Position numbers and translations under genes: made by a program. 64,000 nt of DNA from Botryllus schlosseri (lineage: Eukaryota), in assembly GCA_051294905.1 (NCBI GenBank), contig CM119372.1, positions 34,226,001-34,290,000 of the forward strand, written 5' to 3'. Positions 11,278-24,993 of the stretch are shown here, in pieces. The notes below the pieces were generated by a model. It searched no databases. It had not been told where the DNA came from and saw only the letters and a list, made by a program, of their open reading frames with translations. The first letter of the stretch is position 1; each line of letters starts with the position of its first letter.

Positions 11278-13346
11278 CACCGGACTACAAATTTCGAAAA
11301 AAGTTGGGCGCCAAAAATTTTAATGATTGATTCGGGCTATTTTAAGGTTGCTGAATCCGATTCTGTGCTCAGAATTTCTTTATCACGATATATTTTTTCC
11401 GTATGATTTTTTCCCATTTTCGTAAAGTAATCAAATTTCGAATTCCGTTAGTGGCACCACGGTTAGCATACAACAGCAACTGATCAAATATTGTTATTGA
11501 AATAATCTATCATAAAACCTGGGTGGTTGTAGTACAGAATGAGTAAGTTTTCGATGAACTTCAATCCAGTGATCCTCTATCTTCGTTCAATCAGAGGCTC
11601 TTTTCGACTCATAAAATTACACTGATCTACAAATTAAAAATTATTTGCTCCAAAAATTTTAATGATTGATTTAGGCTAATATTGGGCTGCTGAATCCGAT
11701 TCTGTGCTCAGAATTTCTCTATCACGTCAACTTTTTTCGGTATGTATTTTCTCATTTTCATAAATTATTCAATTTTCGACTTTCGTTAGTGACATTACGG
11801 TGAGCGTACAACTGCAACAAATCAAATATTGTTATTGAAATAATCTATAATGATGAAACCTGGACTGTTGTAAAACATATAACTGAGTTTTCGGTGAACT
11901 TGAATCCAGTGGTTCTCTATCTTCTTTCGATCAGGCCCTCTTTTCGACCAATAAATTTATACGTGGATGATCGGTAGCAGCTATTATCTGTATATACCAC
12001 TCTTCGTTTAAAGATTGTGATTATTAGCTCCGCACCTAATTTCGTTACCTACGTTATCTATCTTTAAACATTTGTCCTGCAGACTTCATCGGTCAATGCA
12101 TTGTGTGACAGCATACTGCTCTTTCGTAAAACGCAAAAGTTTGCAAACAAGAAACATTGTATTGTTGGTATATTATGTAGAAGAGAATTGTTCAATCCAG
12201 TACATGACCTAAATATGAGGCCCTTTAAGCTTGTTTTGGAACATTAGAGGAAACAGGATGTCTGCTTTTCCAATGAAAAAAGTGCTTATCATGGTAACTT
12301 GAAAGAATTCATGATCATTAATCCACGCCTGTACTTATCATGCTAATTCTTCTTCTCCAGTTTAAATATATCGGAATCGAGGAAAGTTGTTTCCGAACGC
12401 TTTTATCTTTTGGTTTATTGCCATGGTATAAAGGGCTTCTTTTGCATGGTCTATTATAGACCACCAGATGCATGGAGACTGCTTACTAACAGCTCAACAC
12501 GAAACCCGAAGTGCGTGTTACTTCACAATAGAAATATTTATGCATTGTTGTTGTTGTGGCCTACACCAAACACCATGTGTTTTATGCTGGAAGAGAGCCT
12601 GAGATGAGCATTGGTTAATTTTTAGTAATGTTTTTATATGGTTTCGACTATTTTTCATAGTGTTTTACATGATTAAACGCCAGTTCTAAATATAAACGGC
12701 TTACATTTTTGGTGGTTTCTGATTTGCCGTAATATTTTACGATGGACTAGGGTTGGTCGAAGTGATCGGCGTTGCTACTCAAGTAGCACAAGTAGCGCCT
12801 TACACTTATACTCAATTACAAGTAGAAGTAATAATTTTCAAGACATCTGAAAACTATTTTAAGTGGAAGACGAAATGAAAGGTCCGTACATATACGAAAT
12901 CGCAAGATGCATCGTTGTAGCTAACGCAAAATGACTACGATGACACCACCGATGGGTAGAATCGTTGAAAAATATATTCAGGTACCGTGATTAAGAGGCT
13001 ATTTCACGCGTTTCTTATGACAATTTAACTCATGATTGTGGTGCAATATTATCCCTGGACTACTTTCTACTAACCAAAAACCAAATTGCAAATGTAATTA
13101 TAATTCACCCAGAATACTGTTCAGGTAGATGTTGAAGTAGTTGTTAAACGTTACCCCTTCAGTAAGCATTGCAAGTAGCCCAAATCTATTTGAGTACCTC
13201 GAAATAGTAGAAATATTCAACATATATAATATCCCAAAAAACGTGATGTGAGAGAGCAAAAATAACGCCAGATTCGTATTCAGCGCCCCCAAATTTGGCA
13301 TAGCTGACCCATAGAAGTCCTGGCGCAAAAATCGTGTAGACCAGTG
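11278..13346 (+). mobile_element. Chapaev3 (CMC superfamily) DNA transposon, decayed
   Basis: CAC..GTG termini (caccggactaca / tgtagaccagtg); 3-bp TSD TAA; subterminal gctgaatccgattctgtgctcagaatttc..atcacg loosely mirrored at the right end; transposase remnant inside. Confidence 0.75.
12405..12620 (+). pseudogene. Chapaev3 transposase remnant
   Basis: LVYCHGIKGFF..PDAWRLLTNSSTRNPKCVLLHNRNIY followed by frameshifted YTK.PC..CW, resembling the recalled Chapaev3 motifs WRLFIDSS..SLK.VLLHNGN.Y and YTK.PCF.C.WDSR. Confidence 0.7.
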
Positions 13347-13835
13347 TAATTAATGCTCTGTGTATAGTCCTAATTTCATAATTGAGAGGTCTCTCAACAG
13401 TCATGACCTCAAATGCCATCACAATATGCGCTTGGATTACAAACGTTCTTGCTGCTGTTTTTAATAGTTTTCTTAATATGTTGTAAAGGGGGCGAAATTT
13501 TCCACTATCATCACGGGGGCGTGACTAAAAAGGTTTCAGAACCACTGGTTTAGTAGAAGTGAAAGCAGTGATAAAATCTTACCACAATGTTAAGTTCAGG
13601 TAGACAACACCTAATCGAATACTCCGACAATTTAGACGTACTCACTAAGTTCTGAGTACAGCTGGGCTGATATCTTTGGTGTAGTGACAATCTTTACGGG
13701 AGGTCACGAAATAATATCATGCTTTAAGAAATGTAGTAAAAACAACGGGAACGCCCGATGATAACCCGCGAGCACATCACGAATAGTCTTAAGTAGAGCT
13801 CAGCTTTTCCAAACTAGATTCGAATTCTATTAGAG

Positions 13836-16088
13836 CATAGGTCTCACACACTCGACCCGCGAGACTATTTCGTGCGGCCCGCGAAGGCATTTTTGAATTA
13901 CAAGTATTCAACAATATATTCAAGTGTCATATATCTTTTTTAGATTTAAGAACTTGAAGTTCACTGTCAAACTACTTCAAAAACCTGAAATCCCAACAAA
14001 CTTCACTATCACATCACTATTACGCTATCACGTCACATTTCTAGTTCATGATGATAAGACATGACTCGTTGATGATTCGTGACTGAAAATTGTGATTTTG
14101 TTTGGTGCGATATTTCGTCAAATTACTCGATTTTGAAAGAACTGGGTGATAAATTAAAAATGACTCGAGTTGAGTCGGGTGAAACGTTGAAATCAGAGAA
14201 GGAGTTGCGTCTCGCAATAGTAACTTGGTAATCCTACGGACGATACAATCTATGAAACTGTCATGGGAATATAGTAATAAATCAAAAGGCCGTAGCTTGC
14301 GTTGCGTGGGATATATATTTAAGTAATCAGGTCAGTGTGGAAACCATTGGCATTATGTGGCCCCCGTGACGTATATTTGGATAAATCCTAAGTATTGTTT
14401 GTCGTCTTTATCCATGTTCTTATCTGTGGCGAGTAAGGTGGCGGATTCTTCGGCGATTGGACATTTTTATTCCATGGGTTCATAACCAGTGGTCCGTGGC
14501 CCCTTTGTGGTACGAATCACCTCATCAGGGGTACGAGGTGCATTGTGGAAATAGGCCTATATGCTGTGGAATATTTTTTGGGCCTATTTATTCAACTGAA
14601 AAATATTCTTCGCGCTACGTCTTTCTGATCTTTATATGGATACTATCAGAAATTGTATTGAAAATTGACAGGGGCACGGGAAATCTTATTGAAAGCACAA
14701 GGGATAACAAACAAACAATGCAAACAAACAAACAATGCAAAACTTATCACCAGTGTTGGGATCAAGTCATTACCTTCGAGTCACGAATCATTTCGATTCA
14801 TTGCACATTTTGACTCGAGTAAAGTCATTCGATTTTCGAAAGTGACTCGAGTCAAGTCGAGTCACTAGATTTTTGGAGGTGACTCGAGTCAGGTCGAGTC
14901 AAGTCAAGTAAAGTCACGAGTAAAGTCACAATTCAAGTTAAGTTGCCTTTTCGAAGTATGAGGCATGATTACGTCATTGCATTTTGCTAGCTGTATGAAA
15001 TACAGATTGAGTGGTCATTGGATCAGAAACGATGAACGAATATAGAGTTAAATGTACATGCAAGAAGGCGCTGCATAGCTCACATATACGTAGAACTGCC
15101 AAACTACCTAAGTAATTGCATAGCCTCAGTTTATAGTTACCAGCCAAAATAGAGAATTGAGAATAGAGAAACTAATTGCTGAGAACTAATACATCACCCA
15201 TTTACATATTGATATGATACAATTCGAGCCTGCGCCAATTGCTGGGGAGTATATAAATTGTATTCGAATTCAATTTCAATAAAACAAGAGGTTTGGTTAA
15301 GGTAAGAACAGAGAACAGAAATATATATTCTGCTACTAAATTACTTTAATACTAGTTTACGACAACGTAAGCTGTAAGCTTCGGTCACTTCGCTTGTTGT
15401 CAATTTATTTGTGAGAGAGCAATGGAGGCTCAGTCAAACACACGTTCAATAAATGATTGGTCGCTCTCACGGGTTACACCAGCGTTTTGCGAACAATCCG
15501 AACATATACAAGATACAGTGATTTTTATCGACACAGATTATTTGATGACTTGAAATTGACTTGTGAATTTTGCTCCGAGTCACGAGTCAATCCACATTTC
15601 AGAGCAAATTGACTCGAGTCAAGTCATACGAAAAATGTGGCTCGAGTCATCCCAACACTGCTTATCACGACTATATCAGAAACCCGGATTAGGCAACACC
15701 GTTCACATGCTCTGATATCAGATCAATCTTTAGTAAATAGTAAAACATTCTACACAACATTGTGGCACGTCAAAGTTCCACAAGCTGCAGCATTATAACC
15801 CGACAGTTTTTACGATGTTATCATGCGTACTCTCGCATGATGTCTATACCTCATTATTTTAACAAATTATGCCCTCCTCAAAAATTAATTCATCCAAATA
15901 TTTGAAATTGTGATTTTTTGTGCCAAGCGGGAATAGTATAATAACAAATTACATTTTCGCGATGTTTGTGAAATGCCTGTCTGCAAGGTGCCGTCAAATA
16001 AGACCTACCTGGATGCCTTGAATACCCCTACTATTGATGCTGCGGCCCGCGGCGTCATCAGCGAGCACATTTGAGTTTGAGACCTCTG
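13836..16088. mobile_element. hAT family B (CAGAGGTCTCAAAC TIR) with nested MITE
   Basis: Ends cataggtctcacac / gtttgagacctctg; TSD tattagag/tatcagag; homologous to 37117-39659 and 26212-29390. Confidence 0.85.
14751..15660. mobile_element. hAT MITE (CAGTGTTGGGAT TIR, GACTCGAGTC repeats)
   Basis: TIR cagtgttgggat/atcccaacactg; perfect TSD CTTATCAC; inverted copy at 45280-46216. Confidence 0.92.
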
Positions 16089-17959
16089 TATCAGAGCTAC
16101 ACAGTTTTTTCCTAATTAGACTAGAACTAGAGTTATAGCTAAACAGTTTTTTTCCATATCAGAACTAGTGAATTCAGGAAAACTTGGAAATTTAATCAAA
16201 TTCAGTTCATATCCAAGCATCTCATAGGCATGTGAATGGCAAAAGTCTGTACACCGAGCTTGGCTTGTTGCGTAATTTCCCGTTCTCTTGTAGCATTTTC
16301 GGGATATCCAGAAATTAGAATAGAATTAAAAATAGACTATAGAAACATTTCACAAATTAGATTATTAGGATTAGAATTAGAGCAAAGAAACATTTCACAA
16401 ATTAGATTATAATTAGGTTACCAGCATTTTGCTCTAATAACTCTACTTGGAAAACTAGAATTATCCAGTTGTTCAAGTATGCCCGAGCAATTAATATCGA
16501 TTTGCCAGTAATGTGACACTTTGAAAGTAAAATCTGCATCGGTCATTAGTGGTAACAAATATCATAAATTTCCATGACGTTACAACATGGTGGAGTCGCA
16601 GTACTATAATCTTCAACTGCTAGAATATGAATATTGATCTATTTCTGATAACCTACAGGAGTCCAGATGCAGCCTCTATGGTTGATTTCATGTCCAAGCA
16701 TATCAATGACTGTAAAGCGTTTAAAATATATCCATTGAAGTTTTGGAAACGCGCCTCAAGCTAGATAACCCGTATCATTAGAATATGGGCTGAATATATC
16801 TGGATTATCGGAGAAGTTACTGGTTAACTGTTTTATCAGTGTAGACTAAAATCCGATATTAGTCGGACTCTATTCCTTATGTTGAGCATGAACACGGTTG
16901 AAGATATATATTATATGATTGCGTGCCTTACATTCTCAAAGACATCACCTCCCCGAGAAAGGGGGTGGAAATTTAATATATTTATGCATGAAAGCATCAA
17001 TAGTATATGCACAAAATTGTTCACAGTAGTAAAAATGTTGGAGTCGCGAGTAGACTACGCATGCACACTGACTTTCCATAGTATTACTTTTCGATGTTGG
17101 TGCGTATAGTAAGACGATCAAAATAAATAGAAATGTCTCGCGTTTGCCGTTACCTGTTCCGCCGCTTTCGTTAATCGTCTATTATACACCGGACATAACT
17201 AACCACGGATTTATTATTACTATTTGAGTCAATTCGACTTGCATATTTCTCCATAATTTTGTATATGGCGTGCGCATCTCATTAAAACAACCCTTCAATT
17301 TGCTAGAGTTTGCAGCATACTTTTCTGAAGTTCGAGGAACAAATCACAATGGAATCGTGAATATGAGTGGTTACTTTCTAATGTATTCGCAACCGTGTCC
17401 GAGTGCATGGTCAGAGATTCCGTGTAATGGTAATCGTTATCCCGCATTTCAAAAGTCGTCACAATCGAAACGGATTACGTTGAGTCGTCGATCCGTTTCT
17501 GCAGTCACGCCCGTGTCCACACCACTTTGGAGAGCATTCTGGTGATACATGATGCATTAAACATAAACCGATCGTGCTTCAGGTACTTCACACGGATTAC
17601 GAAAGTATCATTTCGTCAACTTGGGTGACTTCTTAATCCGGATAATCCGACGAAAAGACGAAAACTACATTGCGAATTAGGCTCAATCAGGAAGATGGGA
17701 TAAGTAGGATATTTTTTATGTTATAGAAGACGGCGTACTGGGTGTGGGCGCCAGTTTGATTTCATAATTCTAATATGGGAATCAAACATTTGACATGTTT
17801 GTGCACCAGAAGAGATGAGCACGTCGTCGACATCGACTTTCAAAGCAGGATGTGAATATTTTGTCTGTATTTGGCGGATTTGCGATTTTAATTGATTTGA
17901 AATTAGCAGTGAGATTAGATTAGGACGTGATGTCAATTGACAAAAGTCCGGGCACGATT

Positions 17960-18420
17960 CACCTGTGCAATTGAAATTGCAGATCAGCAATTGCTTCAAC
18001 AAAGTCTTAACCTTGACCATGCATGGGATGGAATTATGCTGTTTATGCTAGTATAGTTGCGCTTGCAAAGTGAATAAGCCATCTTGCAATATACGGGTCG
18101 GCAACATTCTGTTACAGATCAAATCTATTATATGAGTTGTTATTATTGATTGGTGATTGAAGAAGAACTGCCCTGTAGCCTACCGACTATAAGAAAGCAA
18201 TCTGCTCGTCGTACAAGCCTGCTATGAAAGCTTGAGATGAGATAGAAATGCTTCCTATTCCACTGGCGCATACTGCACACTTGCACATTCTTTTCAATGT
18301 CAAAAGATACCGATTCCCCGCTATATTCAGTAGCATCTCGCACCATCGGACATTATGAATTAGAAATAAAATATAACACATATGCTCCTCGAGGGAACAG
18401 GACATATAGTATACTATATA
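17960..18420 (-). pseudogene. Possible GPCR relic (TM3 NRY region and TM7/helix 8-like piece)
   Basis: CSLEEHMCYILFL..CEMLLNIAGNRYLLTL resembles ECL1-Cys and TM3 with an NRY variant; frameshifted NSII..KTLLKQLLIC downstream. Confidence 0.3.
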
Positions 18421-18510
18421 AATAGGGTTGGATTGGATGCTATTGTATTGTATGATGTTTTGCTAAGAATACATTTCGTACTGGCGACATATTTTATCAT
18501 CATCCTGAAT

Positions 18511-21112
18511 CAGTGGTTCTCAACTCTTTTTTTCTCCACCGCCCCCTTTCAAAAATTGCCCGAGTCTCGCGCCCCCCCCTATTTTAAGGACTGTAGTAAA
18601 AACAATGGGTAAGTGGTCGAACTCCGTTTTCGCGTTAGGACTTCACTATTAGACCAATCGACTAAGTAACGGTAGAATTGTATGTGCTATTTTCAGGATC
18701 AAGTCCAGGTTGTTATAACAACCATCGGGTAAAACCAACGGGCTTATAGCATTTGGTTCGAGATCGATGTACACATCCCCAATTCTCCCCTGCGATTGGC
18801 AATACGGGGAAGTTAATTGTAATACGTCATGTTTTGGTTTAATGCTTTGTGTGACTACTAAATCAACTAAGAATGTTATAGAGATTTGCTCACATTAAAT
18901 TTAGTCCAGCACCAAGCTCTTAACTTTAACAAGAATGAGGGTATAACAACACTAAGCAGTATCATTCTTTGTGATACGATGAAGAAATATTCTGACGATT
19001 TAATTTTGTAGCTCTCAAATACAAGTATATTTAGTTACCTATTTCGGCCAGAAAGCTTCAAAATATCTTTAATGTACAAAGAGCATCACACTCAAAAGTT
19101 GTACCGTAGCCTACGGTGCCTTTTCGATTTCGACAGGCAGTGATCTGCAGGATAAAATACTTAGTTCAAATAGTTTTGTGGAAAATAACGCGAGCTATCA
19201 GTTTCAGTATCATTTTATTAATATTCTCATCATTTCAAAACACCACAAAAATGCGATATAATGAAGAAAAAAAAGGAAGGTGTCGAGTAGCTAGCGTGAC
19301 GGGAGTGTTATAACGTGGAATTGGGAATCCAAAGCTACGCTAAATTGATTTTACATTTATTATTATTATTATTAGTTTTGAAAATGGGACATTGGGGCGC
19401 TTGTCACCTTATCGGTCTGGTGCGCCACGACAGATTTATCCAAATAAACGACTGCATTCATCGAAACATGATCGGTGAATATTTCGCGATGAGCGCAACG
19501 AAAAACGTCGTTTTTGACAGATTTTGTCTATAGTTTTGCCATGAGAACTCAGCGATATATAAAACTGTTGTTCTACTATATAATCATATGTCCGTAGTAC
19601 ACCATCTACTGCAGGGGTGGGCAATTATTTTCCTCCGCGGGCCAAACGAGAAGTAGAAAATAGGTTGGCGGGCCGAGTGAAAATTTTTAGCTATATTCTC
19701 CAGTGTATTTTAATTTCATTTCTATATTACATTATTGATAAATGCTGCTCATTGAATGTGTTGATTGATATTATGTAATGAGAAATTGACGGTTACCTAA
19801 AAAATATCTATTTGCCGTCATGATTCGAAACAATGTTAAACATGATACATTTTTAAATCTTTTTAAACCCCTAACTACGTTCATCTATTAAGACTTTAAA
19901 ACAGTGGTTCTCAAACTTTTTTAGGCATGCTCCTCTTTATGATAGTGAACAATTTCGCACCCACTCTTTTCATGATATCACAAAATATTAAAAAGTGCAA
20001 CCTGAATGCTAGCAATCCCAGCGGATAGTTTGATGGCATGGAATTATGGCTGTTGATGAGAGAATTCTGAAATATCCAAGTCGGACAATACACAGAGCAA
20101 TAACTATAAGCTGGAGGTATATCGCGCGGAGCGCGAAAATGTTTTTAATAAACTTCGGCTTCGCGCCCTCTATCTGATGCTTTCACGCCCCCAGTTTGAG
20201 AACCACTGCACCGAAATGTATAAATGCAATAGTACAAAGCTTATTTTCTTGTTCACTTCCTTCCGAGCAGTGTGCAGCTTAAATAGCCTTTATGTTGAGC
20301 GAAGCTTGCAGTTATTCAGAACTTTGCCCTCCCTTGACCGAGTGTTTCGTGTTTTTGTCATAAGACCAACTTAAAATACTTAATCTCACCAACATGCTTG
20401 GCAAAAACTGAAAGGACGGGTTTACCCCTGACTCCAGTATACAAATATTTAGTGCTCTAAATTCTAAATCTAAACCTTCTTTGAATTCAGTTTTCTGCTT
20501 TATTTTTATTTTGGCATGCCCGTTAATCCTTTATGGGTGATAGATATGACGAGTCATATAGAATTGCGAGCACTGATTGACTTGTTTTACGAAGTAGGGA
20601 CTTGCAAACGTATCACGTAACAATTTGAAACATATACCGTGTAACGCATAATGTGAAAAGGAAAGTCTGAACTAAACTATATGGAAAGAGAGATTTCTTG
20701 TGACTTCAATTGCTACTCATACTTTGCCACATTGCCTTTATTTTGAATCAGGATTACGCATGCGAGGTACGTAGGCAATGTAATCGTGTCATATTGATGA
20801 ACATGCTTCAAAGTAAACGAATTTCCTGTTCATTTGATACAGCCTATGGTTTTAGTCATTCAAAAAGAAAGTTGTATGTTTTGAATTCCAAGCCACCTTT
20901 CGCGGGCCGCACAGAATAGCTTCGCGGGCCGCATTTGGTCCGCGGGCCACACTTTGCCCAGGTCTGATCTACTGCGAGGCTATTTTTCTTCAGCGCCCCC
21001 CATACCACCCCCTGTGCCCAGCGCCCCCCATTTCGCCCCCTGAGTGTTTCCGCCCCCTTCAAAATTCATATCGCCCCTAGGGGGGCGCTGGAGACAAGGT
21101 TAAGAACCACCT
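18511..21112. mobile_element. hAT family E (CAGTGGTTCT TIR) hosting a family A insertion
   Basis: Ends cagtggttctcaac / gttaagaaccacct; TSD tcctgaat/tcctaaat; internal part homologous to ~41990-42730. Confidence 0.75.
19612..20966. mobile_element. hAT family A, carrying an internal MITE at 19902-20208
   Basis: Ends caggggtgggcaa / ttgcccaggtctg; perfect TSD ATCTACTG. Confidence 0.9.
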
Positions 21113-21649
21113 TCCTAAATGCTAACAAGCGGGACTGTTACTAGACTTCAGAAGGTCCATGGGAATGTTGAAAGTTCACAGGATTCTAAAGCAACAGGTA
21201 TTTAATTAATCCATTGATAAAAACTTGCAAGCACAACAAGATTTGAGTGCAGCAATGAACGTCACCGCAAACCTCGGTAAGCTGTTCACCGTATGCCGTA
21301 AATATTATGCAGTGGAACTGCTTTCTTCCTACCTCGGTAAAACTTTCGATAATTTATTTCATCTTCGAAGATCAAGTAAATAACATTTTACACCGTGATA
21401 TACAGCATCGTCGTCTAATTGTGTTTATCGACCGCAATTTAGTCCAATTTAAATCCAGCCATATCAAATGGGAAAACAAATATCGTGGCGAAAAACATTA
21501 TGCGATGAGAATATTCATATATTGATTCGCCAACACGGTCATCGGATGAATGCAAGAGTGAGACGCTAAGGTATGCTTCGAACGCCGATCTGCGAGAGAC
21601 CTAGCGTTGACACAAATTTCGTTCCGGACTCCATCCTATATGGCGGCAC

Positions 21650-21672
21650 AGAGAGAGAGAGAGAGAGAGAGA
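21650..21672. repeat. (GA)n microsatellite
   Basis: About 11 perfect GA units. Confidence 0.9.
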
Positions 21673-23334
21673 GGGAGGGATACGGATCGAAGGACATTTA
21701 AATTCTTCGTTCCTAGTACTGGTACGCCTCGCGAAGGGTTACGAACGATGGGATTTAGTCCGCCAAGGTGGGTGAAGAGAAGCGTAAACGAGCTTTCAAT
21801 CATATGATTTTATTTTTTTACCGTAGAAGAGGATTCGATTTATTCTCATGTCAATTACAATGTCTTAGATTGTCGTGTAATTACAGGAGATAATCGTAAC
21901 AGCTAAGCTACATAAGAAAATATATAAGGCGCCGTAAGAACATTGCCACATTAGGCTACTGTGTGCAACTTAGCCGTTTATGTAGCCGGCCGGTTACTCT
22001 TTTTTGAAGTTCTGTATATGTGGATCATCCATTTCCTGTGTATTCGCTGCCGATAGATTAAAATCGATGAGTTCAAGTTTACAGAATTCGGTAGTAGGCT
22101 ACTAAATGACATTAACGAGCTAGATGCGTAGACATTTTCGAATGAATATACGAGGGATGATAAGTTTCGATTGAAACTATGTCGAATGTCAAATTCCTGA
22201 CCTAAACTCGATGTTCCGAAGCCACTCACTGAGATTAGTGGCAACATTGGGAATTCGTCAGCCCTCTACATGTATATACTCGCTGAATGAAGTTCGCAAA
22301 ATGTCTGAGAAATTGCTTTCACAAATAGATATGTCACCAAACATGGCGCGTATATATTTAACGCAAACGCGTTGGTGATGATGTCCACTTAATTTGCAAG
22401 TAACCAAAATTTGTACAGAAAATGTGATTTGTCTTAGATAGTACACCTATTTATGGTCTTTTTTGCCCTCTCCGAATTATCTGATACAGGTATTTCTTAC
22501 TATAAATCAAAGCATTTGTTAGAAATATGGTGGAAATATAAGCATTTTTGAATATACTCAGAATTACTTCACGGGCCGTATGTTTGAAACCTCTGTCAAC
22601 AAAGAAAATCACCCTATCGACAAAAAATACAATGTCATCGGCGGACATCCGCTCACATATTTTTACTTGAGATCACAATCGATATTGATAATTGAACATT
22701 CTTTGCAGAGAATGCGCAGAAACTATGCGGACAATGCTAACGATTATATTGTGCATCATTTACTTGAATATGGGATCTGACACAGTACCTGGGTCGAAAA
22801 CAGGGCTATTTTTTGCAAACGCGATAGTCGAATCGTCCCGCAAGAAACAAGATGATACCCTACTGCAACCGACTCCACCTCACGAGACAAAGTAGGTGCA
22901 GGTGCTCTTGTTTAAGCAGGTCGGCGGTAAAGTGCATTGAATCGATACTATCAGAGATTTCGTCTCGGAATCAATAACGAGGCATATGTCAGCAAATTGT
23001 AACTCTTCTCAGGTCGACAACTTGTTTCTTGCTTGCCTTGTAACCAGGTCTGATAACGCAAAATATTCTCAGGAACGTTATGTATAAGATATACCCTACT
23101 ATGACATTTCGGACCACTATATGCATGGCGCCGGCAGCTAAAAAAATAAACATTGTTATATGATTCGATTGTTCCAGATGATACATTTGGTGACGTTTAA
23201 AACGACAATATGTAGGCCTACGTCAGCATTGCGGCATTAATATGTGGACTGAGTCGTCGCTAGGTTTCGTGTTCATTGTTATAGGCTATCACTTCACTGA
23301 AATAACGTCAAGTGGCGTCATGAGGTTCACCCTA

Positions 23335-24993
23335 GACAGCCCCCTCCCACGCTGTGCGCTTTTTGCCGCTATACTTATCATCTACATTGGGTGTCTGCGT
23401 AGTGAGTGAGCTATAATTCATGATTGAATCGGTCAATACGATCGGGAATTGCATATATATCACTATCAATTTTATCCTCTCCCTGCTCACGTAATCAGAT
23501 TTACCGGTAGAGACAAGTGAGGTGTGTTGGAAAAGGTATGACCCCTAAACATAATAATTACACATCTTCGGGTGGACCCGTTGGTATAATGACTTCCCTG
23601 CATGATACTGTTCGTGCTATGTCAAAAAATATTGAAATCGCACAAATGTACTAAACTAAAAGACGCACAAGATTTCATATTGGTATTTCTGTACTGGCAA
23701 ATAATGTTCCCTGCGGGTTGGCGTTTGTCTTCCGGTGCTCAGATCGCCAGGACAGGAGGATTCGGCGCCAGCCATTTAGGCACATATGGACAATTTAACA
23801 TATATGTATATATATTAGAATTACCGTATTACTGTGACCCAAATTCCGGGCACTCTTTAGCGCCCACTAGAGGATTTCAAAATGAGTTATGAGCACATTG
23901 TCTGTAAATATGACGTCACACTAGCAAAGCTTTGCTTATAAACCAGAGGTGGCCAGGATCCGGCTCAGGAGTTGTATGTGGCTGTGTATTGTGTCAGCGT
24001 GACCGAAACCACATTTTCCCAGTCCCTTCCCGCCCAATTAAACAACTATGTTGGGCCTACCATAGGGTAATCGATGAACCTTCTGGGGGGGCTTGCTACA
24101 TGCCATACGTCCTCCCTTTTCAGGTTTATAAAAATGTCATCCGAGGAAGCCTCTAAATGTCCACCTTTTTGAGATTTTGTCGTCTTTGTTAGGAATTTGA
24201 CCAAAAGTCCTCCGAGATGCCGTAAATCAGCACCGAAGTGACGCTCCGGCGGGTATTTCTGGAGCTGAGTGAGAAGTTGACCTTTTTTTCAAGTCAACCA
24301 CCTGATAAAGTGAAGGAAAAAACAGTATTTTGGTCGCTCAGCAAAAAGTTGAACTTTTTTTAATTTTGAAAATGTGCCCTCCTTTCGTGATTCCAAAATA
24401 TGGTAACTTTAGTGGTAGTTCCCATATTAAAATCAATAAATGTGATAGCAGCGCGAGGAAAATATCATGTAGCATATATATTCCCCAAAATAATGTTAAT
24501 ATGTTGATTTACGAAAAAGTTATGAGCTTACGTCAAGCCTTCAAAATTCCGGACATTCAGGCATATTTTAGAAATTCTTTCCGGACGCAAGTTCGAACAG
24601 TGAAATTCCGGACATGTCCGGGAAATTACGGACGTATGGCAACTCTAATATACATCGAATTTTTCGGTCAGCACAAGAGCAGTCCTTTACTGTCAAGGTC
24701 TTCTCGCTGCTGATCGTTCTGGCACACTTCTTGGGGTCGCATGTTACTTGGCCTTCATATGTCTTGGTGCGTCGTGGCTCGGTAACGGCGGACGCCGAAG
24801 TGACCATTTTTATAAATTATGCGTATTTTTTGTTGGGGGAAGGGTATGCAATAATGAAAACATTTGACAACGTTAGAAGTTGCGTAAATTTCCCCCCTAA
24901 AAATCTATGATTTTTGTAAATTCACGTAATAAATTTGAGCCCCTTTCGAGCTCGGCCCCATTGTTGGCTTGGGGTGCGGCAGTTACGATCCTG
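23335..24993. mobile_element. Family D element (left end missing) with nested TAGGG-type hAT at 23816-24647, itself containing a MITE at ~24096-24411
   Basis: Right TIR gcggcagttacgatcctg; homology to 61921-63214; the nested element has TSD atatatat/atatacat. Confidence 0.75.

Larger units (their letters stand above)
10650..13547. mobile_element. Buster/Charlie-type hAT element expanded by a nested Chapaev3 insertion
   Basis: TIR cagtggctctcaaac / gtttcagaaccactg; perfect TSD GTTTAGTA (10642-49, 13548-55). Confidence 0.85.
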
